From a virus (taxonomy: Duplodnaviria; Caudoviricetes), in the IMG/VR virus record IMGVR_UViG_3300028388_000664, positions 1 through 28,311 of that record: 28,311 nucleotides of DNA; one strand, 5' to 3'. The notes beneath the pieces were generated by a model. The model did no database searches, was not told the DNA's origin, and saw nothing but the letters and a program-made list of their open reading frames with translations. Shown in pieces: positions 1-7,601 of the stretch (positions are counted from its first letter, which is position 1; every line of letters begins with the position of its first letter). The position numbers and the translations under genes were made by a program.

Positions 1-1
1 C

Positions 2-157
2 GTTCCAATTATAGGTACTGTTCTGACCATTGTGGTGGCACTAGCATGGGTCTCAACTTTACCTGAAAGTTGGTCTACTGATATACATACTTGTACAGGG
101 AAGTGTTATGAAGAGTACAGTGAGTCTCATCCTCTAAAAAGTGTGAAAAAGAGTTGA
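2..157 (+). CDS. Partial (5'-truncated) hypothetical membrane protein
   Basis: Open frame from the window edge, VPIIGTVLTIVVALAWVSTL...HTCTGKCYEEY...KKS, stop TGA 155-157; contains a hydrophobic segment. Confidence 0.55.
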   Translation, partial: VPIIGTVLTIVVALAWVSTLPESWSTDIHTCTGKCYEEYSESHPLKSVKKS

Positions 158-182
158 CTTCTGTAGCGTAATCAGTTATACT
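154..182 (+). promoter_or_regulatory. sigma70-type promoter for the ncRNA block
   Basis: TTGACT(154-159)-17 nt-TATACT(177-182) with A-tracts upstream. Confidence 0.75.
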
Positions 183-194
183 ATATAATATAGT

Positions 195-363
195 AAAGAG
201 TTTCAAAGAGACAGACTATTTGATAAGCACCCGCCAAGCCTCTGTTGTGGTCTGGGAGTTGTGGTAAAGACAATCGCTATCTTCGGACGCGATGTTCCCC
301 TTCTCTTGGTAAACATTATGCTCAAATCGGCGAAAAATGGTTGTAGTGTGGCAGACTACGATC
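195..363 (+). ncRNA. Structured ncRNA, possibly manA-motif-like
   Basis: No credible ORF. Pairings: ATTTGA 218-223/TCAAAT 322-327, GGGA/TCCC, ATCGC-(cUUCGg hairpin)-GCGAT, GGTTGTAGT/ACTACGATC. The words GATAAGCACCC, GGTAAAG and GACGCGATGTTC resemble my recollection of the manA RNA motif (unverified). Confidence 0.45.
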
Positions 364-625
364 GGGGTGGGCCAGCTGGCATTGTAAGTCCTATGATGTA
401 CACATAGGCAGATAATGTGGATAAGGATTGAGGATTCTCGGTCGTGCCCCGCACCTTTTTAGAATAGGCACTGAGTATGCTTCGGCATCAGTCAGTCCTG
501 TAGAGTCGCAATCTTGGGCAACGGTGTCTATTCTAAAACACACTAGGCGGGTTTGTGGTAGGCAAACAGTAAGACACCTCACACCACAGTAAAGGATCCC
601 TTGCTTTATAGACTAGTGTGTTTTA
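363..625 (+). ncRNA. Three consecutive structured RNA domains of unknown family
   Basis: CGGGGTG/TGCCCCG stem enclosing a CCTATG/CATAGG hairpin (363-451); 17-bp stem 457-473/522-538 with an internal ATGC-TTCG-GCAT hairpin; perfect 13-bp stem 534-546/613-625. Confidence 0.55.
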
Positions 626-932
626 CTTATTCGATGAAGCAGAGAGAAAGGTGATCTGGACAGAGGTTCAACTCCTCTCACCTCCACCAAAAGCACATAC
701 GCTGGATATGCAGATAGCATATTGAGACATAAGAAACATCAGGTATGTGCTTTTGATGGGGGTGTACTGGTTTCGACAGGTGCTCAGTATCGAAGTGGAG
801 AATCGTCAAGCACTGACGCTAAACAGAGCAACCTAAAATAAACGCAAACGATGACGTTTATACCGAGGACTTTGCGCTAGCAGCGTAAACCTCGCGGGGT
901 TCGCCGGGAGCCTTGTTACCCAAGTCCCGGCA
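626..932 (+). ncRNA. ssrA: Circularly permuted (two-piece) tmRNA; tag ANDDVYTEDFALAA
   Basis: The acceptor piece with T-arm AGAGG-TTCAACT-CCTCT (662-678) and CACCTCC-A-CCA (679-689) precedes the 5' end GGGGGTG (758-764), giving a 7-bp acceptor stem with G3.U70. TTCGAT 630-635 pairs with ATCGAA 789-794. Resume codon GCA at 844, stop TAA 886-888. 3' pseudoknot CGGGGTT/AGCCTTG with GCCGGGA/TCCCGGC. Outer ends are approximate. Confidence 0.93.
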
Positions 933-946
933 CTAATTCGGAGATT

Positions 947-1639
947 GTGTTGCGAACACTACTCATCAGCGATGTGCATATTGGGTTCAAGTTTTCTAGA
1001 GCTAAAGATGCAGTGACTGTTCTTGAAAAAGAAAAGTTTGATAGATTGATACTCGTTGGTGACATTTTTGATATTCAAAACATGATGCATCGTGCATACT
1101 GGGACGAGCATCATACTGCCTTCTTAAAAAAGATTCTCAAAATTGCCAAGAAAAAAGAAGTTATCTATGTGATCGGCAATCATGACTATCCTCTCTACTA
1201 TCTTCAAGAATACACCAAGAAAATAGCAAACGTTCGTCTCTGCAGAGAATATACTTACACCTCTAATGATAAGAAGATCCTTTGTGTTCATGGTGACCAG
1301 TTTGACTCTGTCTCTCGTAAGATTCAAGTTCTTGGTGACTTCTTTTATAGTGTGCTTTTACACTTGAATAGTTTTGTTGCTAAACTTCAAATGCTTTTTG
1401 GATTTAAGTATCGTTCATTTAGCAAGTGGTGTAAAGACAAAGTGAAGAACACAATTAGCAAAGCATTTTCTATTGAAGATAAATTGAGAGCAATTCAAGA
1501 AATTGATGTCGTAGTTTATGGACATACACACATGCCTTATGTTAGTGATGATCTAGTGAACACAGGCACCTTTGTTGAGATCGCTACATATGTTATTGAA
1601 GAGAATGGTATTTTTGAATTAAAGGATTTAGATAAATGA
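947..1639 (+). CDS. Metallophosphoesterase, LpxH/YbbF-like (UDP-2,3-diacylglucosamine hydrolase family)
   Basis: Calcineurin-like motifs SDVH, GDIFD, GNHD, HGD, GHTH; GGAG upstream of the GTG start. Confidence 0.8.
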   Translation: MLRTLLISDVHIGFKFSRAKDAVTVLEKEKFDRLILVGDIFDIQNMMHRAYWDEHHTAFLKKILKIAKKKEVIYVIGNHDYPLYYLQEYTKKIANVRLCREYTYTSNDKKILCVHGDQFDSVSRKIQVLGDFFYSVLLHLNSFVAKLQMLFGFKYRSFSKWCKDKVKNTISKAFSIEDKLRAIQEIDVVVYGHTHMPYVSDDLVNTGTFVEIATYVIEENGIFELKDLDK

Positions 1640-1720
1640 AAAACTTCTCAAAGTACTGGGATTGATTATTTTATGTTGATACATACATTGAAAGTTTTAT
1701 CAATGATGAAAGGAAAGATA

Positions 1721-1963
1721 ATGAAAGGAATTAAAGCATTTTTTGGAAGTTTTTGGACAAGCATCAAAGAATCTCTTAAGACTGCTTTCACAGAAGAGTA
1801 CCAGGTAGTAATTTGGTATGAACCCGATAAAAAGAGTGTCTATAATTTTAAAAAGATTATGAAACTGACCGACACTCAGATCTCTGCGATAAAAACCAGC
1901 GGAGAAAAATTCGATATGAAAGTAAAAGAACCTTTCAATTATCAGGTGACTAAGGTATACTAA
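1721..1963 (+). CDS. Hypothetical protein
   Basis: ORF 1673-1963; ATG 1721 follows AAGGA and is the likelier start; stop overlaps the next ATG (TAATG). Confidence 0.7.
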   Translation: MKGIKAFFGSFWTSIKESLKTAFTEEYQVVIWYEPDKKSVYNFKKIMKLTDTQISAIKTSGEKFDMKVKEPFNYQVTKVY

Positions 1964-2121
1964 TGAAAACAAGTTGGATTGCTGAAATTGTTGAGATTGA
2001 TGGTGAATTAGCACTTGATCTTCCTGACGATTTGTTAGAGACTATGGGATGGAAAGTTGGTGATACGTTGCGCTGGGAACAAGTTGGCGAAACATGGATT
2101 CTCTCTAAAGTCGAAGAATAA
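1963..2121 (+). CDS. AbrB/MazE/SpoVT-like small DNA-binding protein (52 aa, not in ORF track)
   Basis: MKTSWIAEIVEIDGELALDLPDDLLETMGWKVGDTLRWEQVGETWILSKVEE; the LP..L....GW..GD.L pattern is typical of AbrB folds. Confidence 0.7.
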   Translation: MKTSWIAEIVEIDGELALDLPDDLLETMGWKVGDTLRWEQVGETWILSKVEE

Positions 2122-2123
2122 GG

Positions 2124-2567
2124 ATGTCTAAAATGACTATAACTAAATTCAATGAATCGATTTTAGAGTGCGACAGAAGATTCTCATATCAGTTTGATCA
2201 TGTTCGATATGGAATTGCCGACTCCTGGAGAATCTTAGACGAGAGCGGTAAAGGTGATTGTGAAGATTATGCGCTCACTGTTGCTTGGTATTATAGCGAC
2301 AAGAGTTTATGGAAATTATTCAACAATTTTCGAGAGGGTGTTTTAAAACTACACTATGTTCATGTGAACCATGTTGGTCATGCAGTCCTCGAATGGAACG
2401 GAAAGTTCGTTGACAATATACAGAGAAGGATTGTCTCTCAAAAATATCTAGAGAAAAGAGGTTATGAATTCCTGATTGTCATGGGAGTCAGACTTATTGT
2501 CTTAAATATGCTAAAGGGTTATACTATTGGGACTTTAGGAAGACTCAAGAAGATATTTACTCGCTAA
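2124..2567 (+). CDS. Transglutaminase-like cysteine peptidase (BTLCP-like)
   Basis: GDCEDYAL catalytic Cys motif, GHAVL His and VDN Asp. Confidence 0.75.
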   Translation: MSKMTITKFNESILECDRRFSYQFDHVRYGIADSWRILDESGKGDCEDYALTVAWYYSDKSLWKLFNNFREGVLKLHYVHVNHVGHAVLEWNGKFVDNIQRRIVSQKYLEKRGYEFLIVMGVRLIVLNMLKGYTIGTLGRLKKIFTR

Positions 2568-2578
2568 GAGAGAATAAC

Positions 2579-3253
2579 ATGTGTGGCGTGATTGGTGTTG
2601 CTATTCGTGATGCAACCAAAAAAGATATTGACCTAGTTTATCGTTTGTTTACGGAAACTGAAATTCGAGGCAAGCATGCAACTGGAATTTCCTTTCTTTC
2701 TGGTGATGAGATCATATCTTTTAAATTTGGTATACCTGCTCATGAGTTTCTTGAGACAATTTGCATGGGTGATATTGTTAGTAGCGATGGGTCTATCTTC
2801 ATGATTGGACATATTCGCTACTCGACTTCTGACCTTCGTTACAATCAACCATTCTACAACGATACTCTAAGCATTGTCCACAACGGTGTGCTTTCTCAGG
2901 AAGATCCAAGCAAGTGGAAATATCAAACCGAGACTGCCAATGATAGCGAACTGATCCTTCGTTCCTATGAGAAAGGACAGCATCCACTGGAAGATTTTCG
3001 ACCTTCTAGTATGGCAGTCTGCGCTCTTCACTCGAATCAAATTCTTGAGTGGTATCGCAATGAGGCACGACCTCTTTGGTATACTAAGGTTCCGCGCGGC
3101 GTGATTGTAACCTCGACTCAGGATATTGCTCGTCGCGCTGGACTCGAAGGTTCTAAGAAATGTGATATGTACAAAGTGTACTCTTTTAAAAATGAATTAC
3201 ATGTGAATGGTGATTATGACGACCTCGCAGAAAACGTTTCAGACCTACAGTGA
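2579..3253 (+). CDS. Class II (Ntn) glutamine amidotransferase, stand-alone
   Basis: N-terminal MCG nucleophile; RGxHATG, GHIRYST, NQPF, VHNG, DSE and RPL motifs. Confidence 0.88.
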   Translation: MCGVIGVAIRDATKKDIDLVYRLFTETEIRGKHATGISFLSGDEIISFKFGIPAHEFLETICMGDIVSSDGSIFMIGHIRYSTSDLRYNQPFYNDTLSIVHNGVLSQEDPSKWKYQTETANDSELILRSYEKGQHPLEDFRPSSMAVCALHSNQILEWYRNEARPLWYTKVPRGVIVTSTQDIARRAGLEGSKKCDMYKVYSFKNELHVNGDYDDLAENVSDLQ

Positions 3254-3887
3254 AAAAGAGGTTGAGGATCTTCTTGAATCTCAACCCGAAGGAAAGAACA
3301 CCAAGTTCCTGAAGTCCTCTCACAATCTATGGTATCGCTTCCATAACTATGACAAGAATCCTCCCTTTGTCATGCTTGATAACGGCAATCCTGTTGCACT
3401 TGTGTTTGCCACATTCAGTCAGCGTTCCAAGTATATCAATCTCTATGAGATCGTGACGCTCGAAGGAATGGAAGGCAATGGGTATGCCTCTCAAGTTTGG
3501 CAGCATGTTATGCAGGAAGCATATGACTCTGGTATGCGTCGACTTAAGATCTCCTGCACCCCCTCTTCGATTACCTGGCATGTTCGTAATGGACTTATCT
3601 TCTGGGCAGTTGATCCCTCTGGTTCTCTGCGCTCTGATCAACCTCTGTTTCGGACTCGACAAGAGCAACTGGATTTCCGAGAAAGAGCAGTCAAGAATCC
3701 ATCTATTGCCTTTCCTTCAGATTCGGTTTATAATAAACTCCTTGCAGAGTCTCTTGATTCGTATAAGTTCGGCACGAAGAAACGCGCACAGGTTGAAGAG
3801 GCAATTGAGTCCGTGGGTAAATACTGGTTGCGCGACTCTCTTGTTAATAATGCAAATACACTAGAAGATTTCTTTGATGGATTTTAG
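3207..3887 (+). CDS. GNAT-family acyltransferase
   Basis: LYEIVT...EGNGYAS resembles GNAT motif A (Q/RxxGxA); downstream WHVRNG; start could be 3216. Confidence 0.7.
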   Translation: MVIMTTSQKTFQTYSEKEVEDLLESQPEGKNTKFLKSSHNLWYRFHNYDKNPPFVMLDNGNPVALVFATFSQRSKYINLYEIVTLEGMEGNGYASQVWQHVMQEAYDSGMRRLKISCTPSSITWHVRNGLIFWAVDPSGSLRSDQPLFRTRQEQLDFRERAVKNPSIAFPSDSVYNKLLAESLDSYKFGTKKRAQVEEAIESVGKYWLRDSLVNNANTLEDFFDGF

Positions 3888-4881
3888 AACTGCCGATAAC
3901 CGTAAAGAAGCATTCATAAATTGGTTTGGTTGGTCACTAGAGATTGAGGATTGTGACTCTGCTCTCTACATGACCAACTATTTTTTCGATCGTTTCGAAT
4001 ATAATCTTGAGCAAAAATATTGGTTGGTCTGGTTATATGGGACGACATACAACTTTCCCACTGCCTATGTTATCTGGAATGAGTTTCCGGACATGGAACT
4101 TGTTGGTGTGGATCGTCTCAAGAAATGGAATGACGAGAAATATCCTCGACTTCGCTACCAGACTGACACCAAGTGGAACAAGGGACATCTGCCTGCGCAG
4201 TTCCTTTCCTATAAAGAGTGGGTTGGTAGTCGTCCCCAGCGTGAAGCATTTGCGGAGCACATCACCAAAGACCCATTCCAAACGTTTGAGAATCTATGGA
4301 AGGTAGCAAATTCCTGGCATAAGTTTGGTCGGTACAGTTCCTGGTTCTATCTTCAGGCACTGAAGCAGTGCGCCAAGGTTGATCTGGATATTGACAGTCT
4401 ATGGTTGCATGATCACTCTGGTTCCAAGAGTCATCGCAACGGTCTATGTTATGCCGTTGCAAAAGATGACTGGGTTAACAAAAGACTAACTAGAGAAGAG
4501 ATTTTCTGGTTGGAAGAACAGGGGAAAGAACTCTTGCTTGAAGTGAAGAGCAGGTTCCCGAATGTAGCAGAGAAAGCAGACTTCTTTGCGATGGAGACTT
4601 GCTTATGTTCATTCAAGAAACTCTTTCGTAAGAGTCGAGGCAGATACCTTGGTTATTACCTGGATCGCCAAGCAGAGGAAATCAAAAAAGCAGAGGAAGA
4701 TAATTGGACTGGTATCAACTGGTTGCCGATGTGGCAAGCAAGACAGGAAACGATTCGAAGAGAGTATTTGACAAATGCTGTCAATTGTGATAAAATGGGT
4801 ATATTCTTGGATACTGGAAAGATTGACTACAACAACACATTCGTTAGCGAAGGATTTGGTTTAGAGGAATTTATGGCATGA
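3874..4881 (+). CDS. Amino acid:DNA transferase (aGPT-Pplase/AADT family, HhH-glycosylase fold)
   Basis: KFGRYSSWFY HhH-like segment and METCLCSFKK (ETxLCxxK) motif; adjacent to TET and kinase genes. Confidence 0.7.
   Translation: MMDFRTADNRKEAFINWFGWSLEIEDCDSALYMTNYFFDRFEYNLEQKYWLVWLYGTTYNFPTAYVIWNEFPDMELVGVDRLKKWNDEKYPRLRYQTDTKWNKGHLPAQFLSYKEWVGSRPQREAFAEHITKDPFQTFENLWKVANSWHKFGRYSSWFYLQALKQCAKVDLDIDSLWLHDHSGSKSHRNGLCYAVAKDDWVNKRLTREEIFWLEEQGKELLLEVKSRFPNVAEKADFFAMETCLCSFKKLFRKSRGRYLGYYLDRQAEEIKKAEEDNWTGINWLPMWQARQETIRREYLTNAVNCDKMGIFLDTGKIDYNNTFVSEGFGLEEFMA
4768..4796 (+). promoter_or_regulatory. Internal sigma70-type promoter upstream of the TET/JBP gene
   Basis: TTGACA(4768-4773)-17 nt-TAAAAT(4791-4796) with extended -10 TG. 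Confidence 0.65.
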
Positions 4882-6266
4882 GTAGCAACAAGTATTCATA
4901 TGAAGAAGTTGATGGCGTACAAGTAATCACCGCAAAGTTCTGGAATAACTGCGAACACCAACTTGGCACCTATATGGAAGATACCGACTACGATTTCGTG
5001 GTTCAAGACGACTGTGACTTCTATGCTCCCGCAGGAACTGAAATTGAGACCGGTGAAAACGGCGAGCACAACATTATCTTCAAACTTCGTAAAAACGTAT
5101 TCACCGAGGAGGAGCAACTCGGTGCATATGATGGACTGGTTGGTGCAGCACAACCCACTCAGAACCGTGGACTTGCTGCTGGTCCAAAAGCAGGCAAGCA
5201 AGGCAAGCGTGACTGGGTGACTGACGAACAGATGGAAATTATGAACATGTTCATCAGTCAATCCAATTCTCTCTTTGAAGAGTCGATTGAAGACAAACTT
5301 GCTGCAATCCGTAAGAAGCACGAAGGTAAGGACAGCGCAGAAGGTTCCACTCGTGGACTCTGCTGGTTGCGTGCCAAGGTAACTGACTCGGGTTATACTT
5401 ATGAAAACTTCTTCCCGAACAAGCTTGAAGAGTGGTTAGGAATGTCAGAGCAAGACGCATCTAAAGATGCCGAAGCAACCTTGAAAGGATTCGTCTCGGA
5501 TACGACCTATGCCAATCAGGTTCTCTCTGGTATTGCTGGATTCTTTGATCGCTATCCGCGCATTCCCTATGGTCGTGCGACTTCTTATACCGACCACCAC
5601 TTTGAGAAGTATACCAAGTGCTATCCTTTCATGCGCAAACTTGCATCTAAGTTTAAGGAATTGCTTCCTCAGCGATATGGTATCCAGGAGTCTTGTGCCA
5701 ATAAAATTGATCAGAAGTTTCGAGTCTCTGGCAAGGACACTCCTTTTACCACAATTACCGTCAATAAAAACTTCCGCACCTCTGCTCACCGAGATGCTGG
5801 TGACCTGAATGAAGGATTCTCAAACCTGACTGTAGTAGCAAAGGATAAGAACTGGGAGGGCGGATACCTTGTCCTACCCGAGTTTCGAGTTGCGATAAAC
5901 ATTCGTCCTGGCGATCTTCTCCTGATTAACAACCATGGCGGGATTCATGGTAATACCGAACTCAAACCGCCAGCAGGAATGAAGATTGAGGACATGGAGC
6001 GTATCTCTCTCGTCTGTTATTTCCGTGAGAAGATGATGGAACTTGGTTCCTGGGATTACGAGAAACTTCGCCGCCAGTTTGTTGACGATCGTCGACTGAA
6101 TAAGGATCACCCTGAATGGCGTGAGTATTGGAATGGTGTCTCTTCTAACATGTGGTCGTCTCAGGAGTGGTATGATTACCTGAAAGAGAATGGTGGAGTC
6201 GAGATGCTTGATGAGTATCATCCCGAAGCACTCAAAGAAAAAGCAACCCTTGAGGATTTCTTCTAA
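4878..6266 (+). CDS. TET/JBP-family 2-oxoglutarate/Fe(II) dioxygenase
   Basis: PFTTITVNKNFRTSAHRDAGD (HxD), HGNT (distal His), RISLVCYFR (2OG-binding RxS); GAGG SD; ATGA overlap. Confidence 0.87.
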   Translation: MSSNKYSYEEVDGVQVITAKFWNNCEHQLGTYMEDTDYDFVVQDDCDFYAPAGTEIETGENGEHNIIFKLRKNVFTEEEQLGAYDGLVGAAQPTQNRGLAAGPKAGKQGKRDWVTDEQMEIMNMFISQSNSLFEESIEDKLAAIRKKHEGKDSAEGSTRGLCWLRAKVTDSGYTYENFFPNKLEEWLGMSEQDASKDAEATLKGFVSDTTYANQVLSGIAGFFDRYPRIPYGRATSYTDHHFEKYTKCYPFMRKLASKFKELLPQRYGIQESCANKIDQKFRVSGKDTPFTTITVNKNFRTSAHRDAGDLNEGFSNLTVVAKDKNWEGGYLVLPEFRVAINIRPGDLLLINNHGGIHGNTELKPPAGMKIEDMERISLVCYFREKMMELGSWDYEKLRRQFVDDRRLNKDHPEWREYWNGVSSNMWSSQEWYDYLKENGGVEMLDEYHPEALKEKATLEDFF

Positions 6267-6826
6267 TGAATAAAGTTGTTGCCATTGGTGGTGTGCCTGG
6301 AACCGGAAAGACGACTCTCGTTCAGAGAGTCATTTCGTTTGCGGATGACTGGAAAGTCTGCAAACCCGTTGATCTTCTTGATGCTATATACTCTGAGTCT
6401 TTGGATCTATATATTCTTGGCAAGTATGCTCCATTCTATGAAGGAGATGGATATGCCTGGGGAACTGATCGGTTGAGTATGGCAGTGCAACCGAAGGCAA
6501 GCGAGTTTCTGAAAGAGACAACTTCAGATATTTTGTTTGAAGGTGATCGTCTCTTCAATCAGTCTTTCCTGGAACTCTGTGTTGACGAGAAAACGACACT
6601 TATACTTGTCCTTAAAGCGGATAAAGACACTTTAAAGTGTCGTTACGAGGAAAGAGGTTCTGAACAGTCCGAGAAGTTTATTCAGGGAAGAGAGACAAAA
6701 TACGGCAATCTACTGACAAACTTTTTTCTGATGCCATATACCGAGTATATGGAGAATACAAACCAAGATGATCAGGAAAGGATCGTCTCTCAAATTAGGA
6801 AATTCCTTGATGATAGGACAAACTGA
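6266..6826 (+). CDS. P-loop nucleotide/nucleic-acid kinase of the type associated with base-modification clusters
   Basis: Walker A GVPGTGKT, LFEGDRL Walker-B-like motif, RYEERGS lid. Confidence 0.8.
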   Translation: MNKVVAIGGVPGTGKTTLVQRVISFADDWKVCKPVDLLDAIYSESLDLYILGKYAPFYEGDGYAWGTDRLSMAVQPKASEFLKETTSDILFEGDRLFNQSFLELCVDEKTTLILVLKADKDTLKCRYEERGSEQSEKFIQGRETKYGNLLTNFFLMPYTEYMENTNQDDQERIVSQIRKFLDDRTN

Positions 6827-7028
6827 AAAGAATCTGGACTGGGAGTTTATGTTTCGTAGGTTAGTTGAAGATCTACAGAAGCATATCGTAATGCACGAGA
6901 ATGCTCTTGACGTTGCTCTTAATCCTTATTGTCATGATGACTCTCGTTTTACCGAGGGATTTCACGCAGGGATGCGTTCACAATGTAACAAATTAAAATT
7001 CATTCTAAACGAGAATGCATATAAATAA
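6810..7028 (+). CDS. Hypothetical protein
   Basis: ORF 6768-7028; ATG 6810 minimises overlap with the kinase gene. Confidence 0.55.
   Translation: MIGQTEKNLDWEFMFRRLVEDLQKHIVMHENALDVALNPYCHDDSRFTEGFHAGMRSQCNKLKFILNENAYK
7020..7027 (+). promoter_or_regulatory. T4-type late promoter
   Basis: Exact TATAAATA 22 nt upstream of ATG 7050. Confidence 0.75.
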
Positions 7029-7049
7029 AACAAAAATGGGTGTTTTGTT

Positions 7050-7601
7050 ATGCGTAAATTAATACTTGCTTTGGTTTTGTTATCCTCAGTGGTTTATGGT
7101 CAAGATGCAACCATTGACCCTATTATCACAGAAGCAACTACTAACAGCACGGTGAATAGTCAGTCCAATTCGAGGACGAAATTAGAATCACCTCCTCCCT
7201 CTGCTATTTCACCTACGATTAATACGAGCAACTCTGACTTGTGTACTTTTGGTGTTGCTGGAGCAATTCAGACTCAGATTCTGGGCATCTCTACGGGGAC
7301 TCAGGTGACTGATGAGAACTGTGAGCGACTCAAACTTGCCAAGACTCTCTATGATATGGGAATGAAGGTTGCGGCAGTTTCTACGATGTGTCAAGATAAA
7401 CGAGTCTTTGATGCAATGATGAGTGCAGGAACGCCCTGTCCCTATGATGGCATGATCGGCGAGGATGCCAAGGCAGCATGGTCTGTGAATGAAGATCAAC
7501 AGCCGGGAGCAAAGAAAGATGAAGAAGGACTGGAACAGAGTACTCAGACGCTCCTTGGCGGTGCTGGCGTTGCTAGCCTGCTCTTCTTACTCCTACTCTG
7601 A
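7050..7601 (+). CDS. Exported Cys-containing protein with C-terminal hydrophobic anchor
   Basis: Signal peptide MRKLILALVLLSSVVYG; four Cys; ends LLGGAGVASLLFLLLL. Confidence 0.8.
   Translation: MRKLILALVLLSSVVYGQDATIDPIITEATTNSTVNSQSNSRTKLESPPPSAISPTINTSNSDLCTFGVAGAIQTQILGISTGTQVTDENCERLKLAKTLYDMGMKVAAVSTMCQDKRVFDAMMSAGTPCPYDGMIGEDAKAAWSVNEDQQPGAKKDEEGLEQSTQTLLGGAGVASLLFLLLL

Noticed and set aside
2-157. Heme-binding cytochrome c
   Set aside because: CTGKC is CxxxC with no following His; no CxxCH in the visible part
391-582. 63-aa minus-strand ORF
   Set aside because: Lies antisense to strongly structured RNA downstream of a + strand promoter; no recognisable protein features
195-625. RNase P RNA, hammerhead or HDV-like ribozyme
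   Set aside because: No GAGGAAAGTCC/GGCTTA P4 signature; CTGAGTA lacks a matching GAAA core; could not build the HDV nested pseudoknot by eye
658-689. Stand-alone tRNA-Ala or tRNA fragment
   Set aside because: No anticodon arm; the matching 5' strand lies downstream and leads into a tag ORF, so it is the tmRNA acceptor piece
1636-1734. Short ORF interrupted by TGA (MKNFSKYWD*LFYVD...), suggesting recoding or a pseudogene
   Set aside because: TGA, TAA and TAG all end long genes cleanly elsewhere, often with coupled starts, so the code is standard; too short to support a call
6582-6606. TTGACG...TATACT promoter inside the kinase gene
   Set aside because: Spacer is only 13 nt
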